Part shown: positions 24,207 to 38,051 of the stretch, piece after piece
How the letters are laid out: every line of letters begins with the position of its first letter
How positions within the stretch are numbered: position 1 is the first letter of the stretch
DNA from: Octopus vulgaris
Taxonomy: Eukaryota
NCBI GenBank assembly: GCA_951406725.2
Contig: OX597830.1
Span: 58,652,001-58,716,000, forward strand
Reading direction: 5' to 3'
Length of the DNA stretch: 64,000 nucleotides
Notes under the pieces: generated by a model
What the model was told of the DNA's origin: nothing
The model's input: the letters and a program-made list of their open reading frames with translations, nothing else
The model's database searches: none
Program-made: the position numbers and the translations under genes

Positions 24207-25815
24207 CAGTTGCGGCCAAAATGTTCAGAACGGCATTGTTTTCGTCAGAAAAGTAGATATAAGTTTTTATCAAAGTTGTTTTATATTCTATAATTTTCAC
24301 AGACAATAAATACAATATGAATTGTTATTGTCTGAGATTTTGGTGTAATTTGAGAGGATAATACAAAACTTATGGATGATTTAGTGATTTACTGCAAAAC
24401 CCATGGCGGCCAAAATGATCAGAACGGTTGAAAATATAACAAAATAATAAAAAATGACAGAGAATACTGGAATTATTTAATATTTAGTGTGAAGCCCTTT
24501 AGCTTCAATCACATCTTCGACTGCATGAGGAAATTAAATTTTCAATTTCTTGCTAGGTGATCTTATTCCATTCTTCCTGAAGGGCATTCCATAATTCCTC
24601 GGTTGTCTTAGGATTTCTGGCTTTCGAACGTTCTCCTAGAACATTCCACACATTTTCAATAGGATTGAGATCTGGGCTTTGAGCAGGCCAATCTATAACA
24701 ATAACCTTTTCAGCCTTGAGGAAGTTCATGATCACCTTAGCCTTGTGACATGGGGCATTGTTCTGCATGAATATGGGTGGTCGCTTAGTTGAATTTCTCA
24801 GCACAGGCAAGACATGATCTTTTACAAGTTGTTTATAAACTCCTGCATTTACCTTTCCATGTAATCGCACCAAAGGGCCCACACCATCTCCAGATATCAT
24901 TCCCCAAACCATGACACTTCCTCCACCAAATTTAACACTTAGGTATTTAGGCGACAATTTTTCACCTACTTTTCGACGAACGTACCTTTTCCCATCTGAG
25001 CCAAATAACATAAACATTCATCACTGAAATGCACCGTTTGCCATTTTTCTTGAGACCTCAACACATGTTCGGTTGCAAAGGTAAGATGACACTTTTTATT
25101 CTTGGAGCTGATCAGTGGCTTCACTGCAGGTGCTCTTGCTTGTAGGTCATGTTCAACTAAACGACGAGAGACAGTTTTTCGAGATAAAGTTTTCTTCAAT
25201 ACAATGCTCATTTCCCGAGAAACAGCAGCAGCAGCTTTAAATCTGTCCTTTTAAACCAATTTTACCATAGCACGATCTTCTCTCTTGGTCGTTTTCTTGG
25301 CCTACCTGTAGACTTTCTTGCTTCACACGAACCACAATCATCGTAGGCCTTAAGAATACCGTGAACAACACTTTTTGACTTGTTAACAATCGTTGCAATA
25401 GATCCAATACTTAAATTATCTTTCTTTCGAAGCTTAATAATCTGCTGACGAATTGGTAACGGAGTAAGTGGCATTATATTAACAAAGTACACTGCAGATA
25501 TTCTTACTAATGTTTAGTAAACGAACCGTCACGTAAACAAATTCAAAACATTAGAGTTCGCCGGTTAAATATACTAAAACACGGAGTAAAAGCAACCGTT
25601 CTGATCATTTTGACCGCCATAGGTTTTGCAGTAAATCACTAAATCATCCATAGCTTTTGTATTATCCTCTCAAATTACACCAAAATCTCAGACAATAACA
25701 ATTCATATCGTATTTATTGTCTGTGAAAATTATAGAATATAAAACAACTTTGATAAAAACTTATACCTACTTTTCTGACGAAAACAATGCCGTTCTGAAA
25801 TTTTGGCCGTAACTG
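24207..25815 (-). mobile_element. Full-length Tc1-family (DD34E, IR-DR type) transposon with defective transposase
   Basis: ~223-bp TIRs (24207-24430, 25593-25815) with internal direct repeats gcggccaaaatg(t/a)tcagaacgg; TA flanks. Motifs GRPRK, VHFSDE, VMVWG, QNNAPCH (second D mutated to N), SPDLNPIENVW with 34-residue spacing; frameshifts present. Confidence 0.96.
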
Positions 25816-26448
25816 TACATATATATATGTATATATATCTGTGTGTGTGAGAGTGTGTAAATATAAAAATGGAACAAAAATGCAATAGAGGGCATTAAAA
25901 CGTTCTGACAGATAGACGGCACAAAGGCGGACAAGAGAAACAACAATTAGAAGGACAGGCAAAAAAAGAAGAAAAAGACGAGTCATTCTTGGCTTTCTTT
26001 CATCAGTCAAATTACCAGAAGCCACAACCATTTCGGACAGTTACAATTGAGATGGTTCGATCTGGCTGTCCCCAAAAAAGTCTAAGCTAAGAGCATTAAA
26101 ACCCCTTTGTAAGAAAGCTAGTGAATGTGTAAGGCAACAAAGACGTAAAAAACAAACACAAAAAAAACGGAGAACATGGTACACAATTACGAATACAACA
26201 ACAAGAGATAACAACAGGCGTCTTTCGACTGAGAACGATTCAAATTGAGCTGGCGTGTATGAAGTGAAAGCCTAAAGGCAGGAACATGGGAGATGGACAC
26301 AAGACGTATTGACGGTCGACAGTCAGGCAAAGAAAGAAAGATCATACACTCACACACTGACACACACAGACACAGACACACACATACACACACATATACA
26401 TACATACATACATATATACATACATACATACATACATACATACATACA

Positions 26449-26533
<85 letters not shown>

Positions 26534-26712
26534 TAATATAGGGTGAAATTTTAATTAATTTGGAATAATCATTAATTTCACCAAGTAGATTTCGGCATGT
26601 AAAAGCCCCATTCAAGGAAGGTTTAAGTAATACTAAGTAATTAAGGGTTTAGCAACGATTTGCCTCACCACATTCGGTGTGTGGTGAGGCAAATCGTTGC
26701 TAAACCCTTAAT

Positions 26713-26746
<34 letters not shown>

Positions 26747-27073
26747 TGCAGCCATGCTGGAGCACTGCCTTTAGTAAAAAAAAATCGATCCCAGGACTTA
26801 TTCTTTGCAAGCCTAGTACTTATTCTATCGGTTTATTTTGCTGAAACGCTAGTTTACTGACACGTAAAGATACCTACATCGGTGTCAAGCGATGGTGGAG
26901 GACAAACACAGATACACAAATGCATACATTCATATATATATATACGACGGGTTTCTTTCAGTTTCCGTCTAACAAATCCACTCACAAGGCTTTGATCGGC
27001 CCGAAGTTATAGTAGAGACACCTGAGCAAACTACTTCCCACACAGCCACTCCTTCGCCTATACACACACACAC

Positions 27074-27144
<71 letters not shown>

Positions 27145-29595
27145 CACATGCATATACCAAAAATTTACATCCGATTGATTTCTGTTCCTTAAAGTTAGTT
27201 GTTGTCAGCGACGCAGTTATGCAGCAGACTTCCTGTTTTCCAGATTGTTTAGCTCCATGTTGACTCACTGAGCACACGTGATGTAAGGCAATGTTAGTGC
27301 AACACTAGTACATTAGTACCTTTATTATTTTTTTTGCTAAGACTCTAGGTGTTGATTTGGGCAGATTTAACTTCTGAGTCCAGAAGGTCAAGAGAATGCG
27401 GAGAGCTTTTTGGCTCACCATGTTGTTGTTGTTGCTGTTTAAGCTTAGCTCATGCCCGATCGAGCAAAAGTAGCATCAAACATGTTCCATTAATATTTTG
27501 AATTCTTTTTAGCGGGTTGTAGGACTATATTAATGAGTCCTTTCTGTTTGAAAGATAGAATTCGATTGGAAGGAAATTTAACAGTGACGTCCACTCCACT
27601 CGCGCGTCTGCCTACAGACATTCTCGTTGGTTTGTGGGTTTTCAGTGAAACAAGGATTCTGTAGCCTAAAGATTTGGTTGTGAGACATATAGAACTGGCT
27701 ATTTAAAAACTTCACAACCGTTGTAATAACCCCTGGAATTTTAGGAGAGGGGTCTAGTCGATTATATCGACCTCATCGACTGGCTTTTATTTTATCGACT
27801 CCGGAAGGATGAAAAGCAAAGTCGACCTCGGCGGAATTTGAACTCGTATCGTAAAGATGGACGATATGTCGTTAAGTATTTTGTCCGGTGAGCTAAAGAT
27901 TCTACCAGCTGGCCGGCTGATGACATCTTTGTAACAGGCACATGCCATCAGTAATTACTCAGGGTAGGCAGTTGACGACCTTCATGTAATAAAACACTCA
28001 AAAAATAAGCAAAACACAGCGACTGAGTTGAAAGCAGATCTATTTCTACCTTTATAGCACTTAAAGAAAATGGTGCTGTAGAAATGTACGCAGCAATTCT
28101 ACGCGTATCTTTAATACTGAGATTGAAAAGCAGGGGCGAATTATGCCGACCTAATCTACAAAAATATATATATATAAAATTAAATAAATATATAAAATTA
28201 AATAAATAAAAACATTTTGCATTTTATGCAGATTAATCAGAGTAACCTTTAAAATTTTATTTAATTAGGGGAATATTTTGCCGTGAGAGGAAAATGTTGC
28301 TATCGATTTATTTTATGCATACCTTGCCTACCCAGGCAGCACATCCCTGCTTTGAAATAATCTTTTCTACTATAGTCACAAAGCCTGAAACTTTAGGGAA
28401 GGGGGTGCTAGTCGATTACATCGACCCCAGTGTATAACTGGTATTTATTTCATCAACACCGAAAAGATGGAAGGCAAAGTCGACCTTGGCAGAATTTCGA
28501 ATTCGGATGTAAGGACAGACGAAATGCCGATCTTATCATGTTTCGGATACACTTGAAAGAATAATAACATAAATATCAAATTAAGTGTGAAATGTTCACA
28601 AAATTACAAAGCAATAGGCAGACTATTCTTAGCAACGAACAAAATACTCGACCAAGCGTGAAGTTGTTTACAAAGTTACAAAGTAACTAAGGAGTGGATT
28701 ATGACGGGAAGAGTATTGTACTTCAGTAATATTATGCGAAGGTACAAAGTGACCCATATATATGATAAACGTAGTTGTATCGAGAATAAAGCTATCATAA
28801 CGAAATGCAGCACTGTATTGAAATACTTCAAGCATCAAATGAAGTTAAAATTGAAATATGAATTGTGTAGAGTATTGTATAAGGCTGACTGACCTTTTTT
28901 TCATTCCACAGCTTCTCTGGATTGAAACGTCTTTCCCTGAATCGGCCCTCAATCAAGAGATTTATGTTATAGATTTAGTAGGATGAACAAAACATATAAA
29001 ATATTATTTATTTATATCCAGTGACACAATTAGTAAATAACTAGACCAGCAACTATAAAAAGTAGTTGTTGTATTGTGGAGTAGTCGAGCTGTTTCGAAC
29101 GTTCCAAAGAACCGCAATTTTATAGGAATGGAGAAATGAGAGTGTAACATGTATAACATCGTAAAAGAACTTGCACCCACACGAAAATCAGAATCACCTA
29201 TGTCTCCTATGTACACTTTAAACTTGTGGGGAGGAGGATAATTTCCTTTAGACCTTTCGAGACTCTCCCGGGCTTGTGAGTCTGACGCAGTTGATGTGTA
29301 GCGCGAACATTTCCAGATCAATTTTTCCAGAAAAGTGCCAGCAGAGAAGGAATCTCAGAAAAGTGCAGTTACAGTTCTTAGGGATAGGGATAAGATAAAT
29401 GGTTTCTTTCGTGATCTGGAAGATAAGCGACAGTGAATGTGACAGGAAGAAAAGTGGCGGCAATGCCTGAGGGATCTGGACAGTGGTGATGCACAGATAG
29501 CTGGTGGAGAAAAGCAAAATCTATTGAAGTAGCAAAATCTGTTGAAGTATCAATACGAAAGCATCCTGTATTGTAGAGACGTATGGCGTTGTGGT

Positions 29596-29596
<1 letters not shown>

Positions 29597-29687
<91 letters not shown>

Positions 29688-29734
29688 TAATCATAATAAT
29701 AATCATAATAATAATAATAATCATAATAATAATC

Positions 29735-29795
<61 letters not shown>

Positions 29796-29800
29796 TAATC

Positions 29801-29870
<70 letters not shown>

Positions 29871-29917
29871 TAATCATAATAATAATTATAATAATAATAA
29901 TAATCATAATAATAATC

Positions 29918-29999
<82 letters not shown>

Positions 30000-30046
30000 T
30001 AATCATAATAATAATAATAATAATAATAATAATCATAATAATAATC

Positions 30047-30110
<64 letters not shown>

Positions 30111-30151
30111 TAATCATAATAATAATAATAATAATAATCATAATAATAATC

Positions 30152-30207
<56 letters not shown>
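29597..30207. repeat. ~610-bp (AAT)n array with recurring GAT/CAT variants
   Basis: Directly visible; GAT-AAT-GAT-(AAT)7-CAT recurs five times. Confidence 0.97.
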
Positions 30208-30208
<1 letters not shown>

Positions 30209-30559
30209 GCAACATCGAAAAATACTTGTGTAGCAGGCGGCATATCTGAAAGAGCCACCACAAACAACAGCAATCCTAAGACAGCTCCCTTTGTTCATCC
30301 TACCACTGTGACATATCAGCCATGTTCATCCTTACCAAAGGCCTCTGCAAAATCGAGATATACAGTAATCCTTCGACTATTGCGAGTATTACATTTCAAA
30401 AATAAACCCACGGTAGATGAAAATTTGCGAAGTAGAAACGGTACTGTATATGATATAGTAATTGCAAGACAACGCCTCCCGAGTTTCGTTTTCCATACAA
30501 TTTGTGCGATTCTTTGTTTACTCACCTACGCTACACTAAGTATTTTCTTTTAATATATT

Positions 30560-31235
30560 CCAATTAGTGTGAGAAGATTTGGGCCTCAACGTAACCAACA
30601 AATAAGTTGGCAAAATTGAGACCGGTTCTCGTTCCCATAGTGACGTTAGACGTTGCTGGTAAATCTCTGCTGTGAACGTAAAGCAGCTGAGCACGAGGAC
30701 GAGTTCTGCTAGGCGGAGAAGTGTGGAGACGATGATGTAGGGTCGGGGTGACGGTCGAGGAAGTATTGAAGGGCTAAGAGGCCGTCGTTGTGGGGGATCA
30801 CAGTGTACAAGGATTTTATGTCCATGATGAAAAGGAGGCGTGAAGGGCCGGGAGGGAAGGTGAAGGAATTGAAGAGGCGAAGGGCGTGGTTGGTGTCATA
30901 TATATGAGACGGGGGTGCAGCGACTAAAGGGGAAAGGACTGAAGTCGAAATATTTGGAAATGAGTTCTGTGGGGCAGTTACCAACGGAAACAAAAGGATA
31001 GCTGGGGTTATCAGGCTTGTAGATTTTGGGAAGGAAATAGATGGTGGAGGTACGGGGGAGAGAGTTCGGACGATGAGGTTGGTAGCGGTAGCATGTAGGG
31101 TAGAAGATGAGCGAGGTCATAGATGGTGGAGGACACACGCTGCTGGTAGGAGGGAGAGGGATCGGAGGAGAGGAAGTGATATAATATGGGGTTCCGAAGT
31201 TGACGGAGCGCTTCCTCCTTGCACAGGTCGGCACG
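30560..31235 (-). mobile_element. Penelope-like reverse transcriptase fragment
   Basis: YFLPKIYKPDNP...NCPTELISKYFD; HIYDTNHAL...MDIKSLYTVIPHNDGL; downstream VTMGT...FANLFVGYVE (PLE RT motifs); frameshifted. Confidence 0.88.
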
Positions 31236-31247
31236 CCAGAGAGAGAA

Positions 31248-31323
<76 letters not shown>

Positions 31324-31786
31324 CGAAATTTGGCTGAAGTTCGTCACGCATGGACCGCACACACACAAATATAAATCTATGCATATATCCGTCTACCTCT
31401 CCTTCCTTTTCTTTTCTCTCTCTTTCTCATTATATATGTTTCTGTTAATTTGAATATAAATATTGCCATTTATGAAATATTTCTATGGCTGGCCGACGTA
31501 TATTAAAATTTAAATATATTGTCAGTAAAGTTAATGTAGCGTATATTTAAATTCTATGTAGTTAAACTAGTTTTTATCGTTTAAGTTGTTAGAATTAACA
31601 GATGTAAATAAATCTTGTGTGTGTATGTGTGTTTATACATACACTTGTGTGTATGTATGTGCGTGTGAATATGTATATATTTATATATTTATATGCTTGG
31701 ATATGTTTACATGTATACAGGTTTAGGCATACATATGCATATACATGGGGGATCTGTTCAGTTTGGCTCACAGATCAAATCTTTTT

Positions 31787-31988
31787 TATATATCACGGTT
31801 TACTTTGAACATTTTTGACAAAATTTTGTATTTTAGAAGTTACTTCGTCTTAAAGTTGTCGTATTTGGGTAATTTTAACCAGTCAACGACGTGTATTGAG
31901 TTGAAAGCTACTGCTGTTCAATCTGTTTAGTTAAAAAAATTAATTAAAAAATCTGTGATCCAAACTGAACTGATCCTACATGTGAATG

Positions 31989-32086
<98 letters not shown>

Positions 32087-32091
32087 AAAAT

Positions 32092-32158
<67 letters not shown>

Positions 32159-32360
32159 CATTCACATGTAGGATCAGTTCAGTTTGGATCACAGATTTTT
32201 TAATTAATTTTTTTAACTAAACAGATTGAACAGCAGTAGCTTTCAACTCAATACACGTCGTTGACTGGTTAAAATTACCCAAATACGACAACTTTAACAC
32301 GAAGTAACTTCTAAAATACAAAATTTTGTCAAAAATGTTCAAAGTAAACCGTGATATATA
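31787..32360. repeat. ~575-bp near-perfect palindrome centred on (TATC)n/(GATA)n
   Basis: 31787-~31990 is the reverse complement of ~32157-32360 (one mismatch seen); the ORF track shows the same peptide on both strands. Confidence 0.95.
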
Positions 32361-32419
32361 TACCGTGAAAATTGTCTGAAGCTCGTTATTCATCCATAAG
32401 AAATGCATATTTCCTTTAT

Positions 32420-33060
32420 TTAGTTCTCTCCGTGTCATGAGGTACATAAGGCCACAGCACGATCTCTCCAAGCAGCTCTGTTTTCTGTTATTGTTCTGGT
32501 CTCATTGCAACTTCACCCTTCTCATCTCCTTTCCTTACCATTGGTTCTTCGCCATGTGATTATAAGATGCCCTGCTGCTCTCTTCCTCTCAGGCTTTCAC
32601 TTTAGTGCCACCATGCAATCCCTTTCTCGATCTTGTCTGAAGATGTGTTCAATCCAGTTCCAGCATCCACATCTTAATTCGTCACAAATCCTGTTGATGT
32701 CTGCTGTCGTCTCAACTGTGTCATTTCAGACTCTTTGCAGCTACTTGATGTCAAGTATTCTTCTTAAACATTTGAATTGAAAGCTGTCTGTTGTTTTTCT
32801 TCCATTTTTGTCGCTTCCTAGTTTTCACATCCATAGAATAATTCTGGTCACACGAATTTCTTCAACAACTTCAGCTTCATTTTGCCGCCTCTACTTTTGC
32901 TTCTTCATACCTTTATTAGGTTGTGGAATGCTCTCCAGGCTTTGGATATTCCGTTCTTTTCATTCTTCGTTGCTCCTCTGTCTTCCTTGACTGTCGCCCT
33001 GAAGTAAATAAATTCTTTGATATCTTCGACCTCGTTCTTGCCGATTCTCACACAAACTTG
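32420..33060 (-). mobile_element. Highly degenerate RTE-like LINE 3' fragment
   Basis: Minus-strand remnants resembling KFIY(L)G and the RTE C-terminal WR...LCG-like end; many stops. Confidence 0.4.
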
Positions 33061-34217
33061 TTGGCCTTATTCCTTAGTGTTCTGAGTTCAAATTCCACCG
33101 AGGTCGACTTTGCCTTTCATCCTTTCTGGAACGATAAATTAAGTACCAGTGAAACACTGGGGTCGATATAATCGACTAGTCCCCTCCCCACAAATTTCAG
33201 GTCTTGTGCCTAAAGCAGAAAGGATTATTCCTTTATGTTCTACATTTTCCTGGATTGAGTTTAAGGCCGACCCAACATTTCCTTTACATTTTTATTAAGT
33301 ATTTAATCACTCTACTGGCGAACATTCTGTCGGCAAATTATTTTCGCTATTACAACTAAATATTATTCTGTGAATAATTTTAATAGTATTTGCTATGAAG
33401 TTCTACTTGTAGGTTGTAGAAGGGTGGATGGGAGCTGTGTTTGTTCGCTGAAGACTACCCAGCAAGCCATGACACATACTGGGGCAGTTTCTTTCATTTT
33501 TCTGTGCAGAAGAATAACCGATTAGGTTGTGCACTTACATTACCCGTTTGTAGACATTAAACATATATTGACAAAAAAAAACGAAAAAAAAAAACCCATT
33601 GATGTTTCCACTTTAGAGACAGCAATTAAATTAAAATACCCAAGGGAATCGTAGCTGCTTTTGGGACAACAGAGAAAAGGGAAACAATAGAACACTCCTA
33701 GAAATGTATGTATCTATGTGTGTCATTGTTCTCTTGTACTAGCTCCTAGTGCATGTGCGATCATTTTCTTTACCTGATAAACATTAGCGGGGTCCGTATG
33801 GCTCTGGTCCATCCGCTCCATCTCTCTTAGACGTCTACAAGGGCAGAAACTACTAAGGTTGTGTTAAACATAATACATAATACAATACACAGATAAACAA
33901 ATGGAATTAAATAACTATATACATTGACAAAATTAAAGATTAAAAATAAATTTAATTAAATTAAATACAAAAAAAATAATAGAAAAAAATAATAAGTAGG
34001 TATAAACACATGAACAAAATAAATAAAAACAAATTACACGAACGTGTATAAACAGGGGATACAGATAATACAGGCACTCCCCCCACCACATGCACTTACT
34101 AAATATAGACACACATAGGGTTATACGCATGCGCAAATAAAGACACATACAATAGGAATACAAAATGACTGATCGTTAGTAAGGAAAGATACACAAATAA
34201 GACAGAAGAAAGCAAAG

Positions 34218-34261
34218 GACCACTGATGAGGTCACAGAAGTGTGACGAAAGAACTCTGGCC
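34218..34261 (+). ncRNA. Minimal type-I hammerhead ribozyme (best-preserved copy)
   Basis: gacca CTGATGA g gtcaca-gaag-tgtgac GAAA gaac TC tggcc: intact CUGAUGA and GAAA core, 6-bp helix II, CUC cleavage triplet, helix I cca/tgg. Confidence 0.78.
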
Positions 34262-34475
34262 GAAATACGATTAATGTAAAAAATAAAATAAAGCTGAAGC
34301 AAATTAACACCAAATATATTGTGTGTGTGTTTTTATTGGCTAAACTGGCAACATGACCATCCCTAAATACAACAATATATAAAGAGAATGTTTGAAAAAA
34401 TCTATTTGTCTTGGTCAAATTCGTTCTTTCAATGGATGACTGAGCTTGACCTTCGGTTGACCATAGAGGTTAAAG

Positions 34476-34531
<56 letters not shown>

Positions 34532-36319
34532 TTCTGGTTGAAAACTTATTTCAGCGAGGCATTGAAAACTGGTCTTATTTTATGAAGCAAGTGAGTAAAG
34601 AAAACATTTTGAATTTATTTTAATTATAAAATTATTAATACATCTCTCAACAGGTTTTTTACATTCAAATGCTTCATTAAATTGAACCTTTTTTCTTTCT
34701 TAATTTTTCCTATATTTTTCCTCATTCTGAGAAACACTTGGAATTACTATATTGAAGTGGGGCAAAATTAGTAACTGGGTCAAAATGGATAATTTCTGAT
34801 TTCTTGTTATTTTCTCTCATTTTGCACCATTGCATCATCTTTGGGAGTAAGAATTGGTCAGCTGCATAGTTGAGAATAAAAATTGGTCAGTATAGTTGAA
34901 ATCGAGAGTTTGAAATATAGTTGACAGAGGTTATTTTCAAGAAATTTTTCCTCAAATTTGATCCGATTATAAGTGGTGTGGCTAATAAAATATCTGGATA
35001 ATTTTTCGTGAAGTTATAGAGGGTGATAATGCAGTGCTATTTTTCCAAGATCCCCTTTCATTTGACCAAGATATTGCAAATTTGGTTCCATTTATGATCT
35101 TTCTGACGTCTAAGGATGTTTATTTGTATGAGCCTTTTTTTCAAAAGTAATTCTAGAAAACTGAAAAGGCACATTTATTTTATCGTGTCTTACCCAATTT
35201 GCCCCGCCTAAATTTTCTCTTATATACTCAAAGTGAATAGTGATAATTTTCTGAAATAGTGTTCTGAATATGTTATAAGTTTTACTGCTTTAGAGAGGGT
35301 CTTTGCTTAGCTGATATTCGTTCGACAAGGTAGTGAACATTTGTAAAACATATTTTTTTTTCAAACTCAAAAAATCCAGTAAACATAACTCATTGTGCCC
35401 CTTCCCCCCTACTGGAAACTGAGAAAGCAGACTTACAGAATTTCACTGTTTTTGTCGAGATTTCCCCCACTTTCCCCCCACGCATTGTAAAACGAGGAAG
35501 AGAAGCCGTTTTAAAAGAAGAATTTTTAAAATCCATGTATTTTGTGTGTTGGTGTCTCCACCCCCTCTCTCTCTCACTCTCTCTCTTTCTCTCTCTCTCT
35601 CTCCCCCTATCTCTCTCTCTCTCTCTTTCTCTTTCTCTATCTCTCTCTCTCTCTCTCTCTCACTCATCATGCGTTTGAAGCAGCAACAACCACAAAAATA
35701 GCTTTTTTTCTTTTTCTTAATTTTCTGTCATTTTATCGTGTTCCACATTCTGAAACATTTGTAACTCACATTAAAAGGGGGAAAAAAATCTTACCCTACT
35801 CTTTCCACCTTCATTGTACTTTTTACAATGAAGGAAAAGTCAAACATGGCAAGTGGATGTGTGGAAAACCAAATTTGAATTTGGAAAAATCTATAAAGCG
35901 ACATTTTCAGCCATTTATTTAAACTTTCTCTGCTAACTCATCAAATTCAATTATTTGAAACAAATGGGTTTGAGATTTAAATTTGGTAATTTTCTAAGAT
36001 TCTTGCGTATAAGGGGCCCACCGAACTTGAAGTGCCCCATGGTTTAAATCTGGCCTTGACTAAATCTTCAAATGTTACTAAAGGATCTTAAAACGGAATA
36101 TACTGGAAAACGAAATCCTAAGTATTCATAGGAAAAACAAACAAATATTGTTTGAATGCTGGTTGAAAGAAGGCAGACGTTCGGCTTACCGAAACAAGTA
36201 TCTCTGGGAAGGTTTTGCTGATGTGAAGGCAGACGTTTGTGCTTCTCATTGTTCTTTTGAGTTCGAAATGAACTTTCTGTATAATTTATTTAACTTCTGC
36301 AGACCCGGAATGTCGTCCC

Positions 36320-37002
36320 GGTTAATATAGGGCGTGACAAATATCAGAAAATCAAAAAAAAAATGTGTGTAATAGGTGTAAAACAACTTCCTATGAACGA
36401 ATATGAAAAAAAAAATTCGCGCACGCGAAAGGGGTGTGTGGGAGAGGCCTCGGAAAATTCACATCGGGAAGTTCCGAAAGCGTCTGAGGGGCTGACCCGG
36501 GCACCAAAACAAAAAAAAAATAGTGTTATATGTGTAAAACAACTTGCTCTAAACGAATATGAAAAAAAAAATGCCCTCTCGAGAAAGAGGGGTGGGGGAG
36601 AGGCCTCGGAATATTTATATCGGGAATTTCCGAAAGCGTCTGAACCGGGCACAAAAAACAAAAACAAAAACAGCGTAATAGGTGTAAAACAACTTGCTCT
36701 AAACGACTATCATGAAAAAAATGCGCGCTCGCGAAAGGGGGGTGGGGGAGAGGCTACGGAAATTTCCCATCTTCAGTCCACGGCCTTTAAACTAAGAAAA
36801 AATAGTGTAATTGGTGTAAAACTACTTGTTCTAAACGAGTATCAAGAACACACACTCACACATGAATCATAAACTCCGTATTTCGCAAAAAAAAAAAGTA
36901 AAGAGAAGAAATTCTGGAAAAAGTGAATAGGAAGTTGTTTTACACCTATTACACACATTTTTTTTTTTGATTTTCTGATATTTGTTACGCCCTATATTAA
37001 CC
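36320..37002. mobile_element. Non-autonomous Merlin-superfamily DNA transposon with internal ~150-bp tandem repeats
   Basis: ~75-bp TIRs starting GGTTAATATAGGGCG; 8-bp TSD gtcgtccc (36312-36319, 37003-37010); three to four internal repeats beginning taataggtgtaaaacaactt. Confidence 0.85.
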
Positions 37003-37273
37003 GTCGTCCCTTAACTCCGGATCACCTCCCGATTGAGAAGACTTATGGTGAAAGGTATTTTACCTCTGACCTCTAATCAATTTATTTTTTATTTTTCGGA
37101 AGTAGTGTGTTTCTTAAGCTAAAACAGCATTGGTTGTTATTTCTAGCAAGTCGAGTGACCGCATAGAAATTCTTTTGTTGACAGTCGTTGATGTGACGCG
37201 TATTCGTTAGAAGGATCCTTTACTAGAGACCTTTCGTAAATTGAGACAGACAGACAGACAGAAAGACAACGAG

Positions 37274-37379
<106 letters not shown>

Positions 37380-37925
37380 GAGAAGAAAGAGTCTATGTGT
37401 GTTTATATATAAGTAAAATGTATGTGTTGAATATTGGGTATATTTTTAGATTTTATTTCTCGTGGTCTCTGGCAAATCTTTCGGTTGTATAGAGGAAAGT
37501 GGATAGAGAAATAGATAGACAGACAGACAGATAGGTAGATAGTTAAAAAGATAGAGAGAAAGGGAGAGAGAGAGAGAGAGAGGAAAAGAAGTAAAGGCAC
37601 AGAGTGAGTGTGTGTGTGTGCGCATGTGTGTGTGTGTCTATTCATTCGAGTCAGCTACAAGAGAATAGATTAGACAGAGTAACCCATTCGCCTTTCCATT
37701 CAATTCACCTGACTGCTGTTTTGTTTATTCAACAACAACAACAACAACTTCATCAGCCTAGTGGAGAGATCATTTTTTTATAGACCTACCAGGTAACATG
37801 ACTGTCAAAACTCTTTCTCCTTAGCATACGTTTTAAACAATCGTGTTTCATTTAATTTATGTAATTTTACCATTTATTTATAATTTTGTTTTTAACTGAC
37901 AATTGAATAATGATTACATTAATTA

Positions 37926-38009
<84 letters not shown>

Positions 38010-38014
38010 CGTCG

Positions 38015-38051
<37 letters not shown>

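Noticed and set aside
25960-26260. CTGATGA and GAAA strings on the minus strand
   Set aside because: Order and pairing do not give a hammerhead fold I could draw.
28885-28990. Strong-looking branch point and acceptor (ctgac...ttttcattccacAG at 28910)
   Set aside because: All frames stop quickly and no clear donor follows; unsupported without RNA data.
34755-35413. Possible pogo-like MITE with ggggcaaa/tttgcccc motifs
   Set aside because: Ends and TSD could not be fixed with confidence.
36363-36872. 169-aa repetitive ORF; repeats superficially CRISPR-like
   Set aside because: Internal tandem repeats of the Merlin element; no unique spacers, no cas genes, eukaryotic context.
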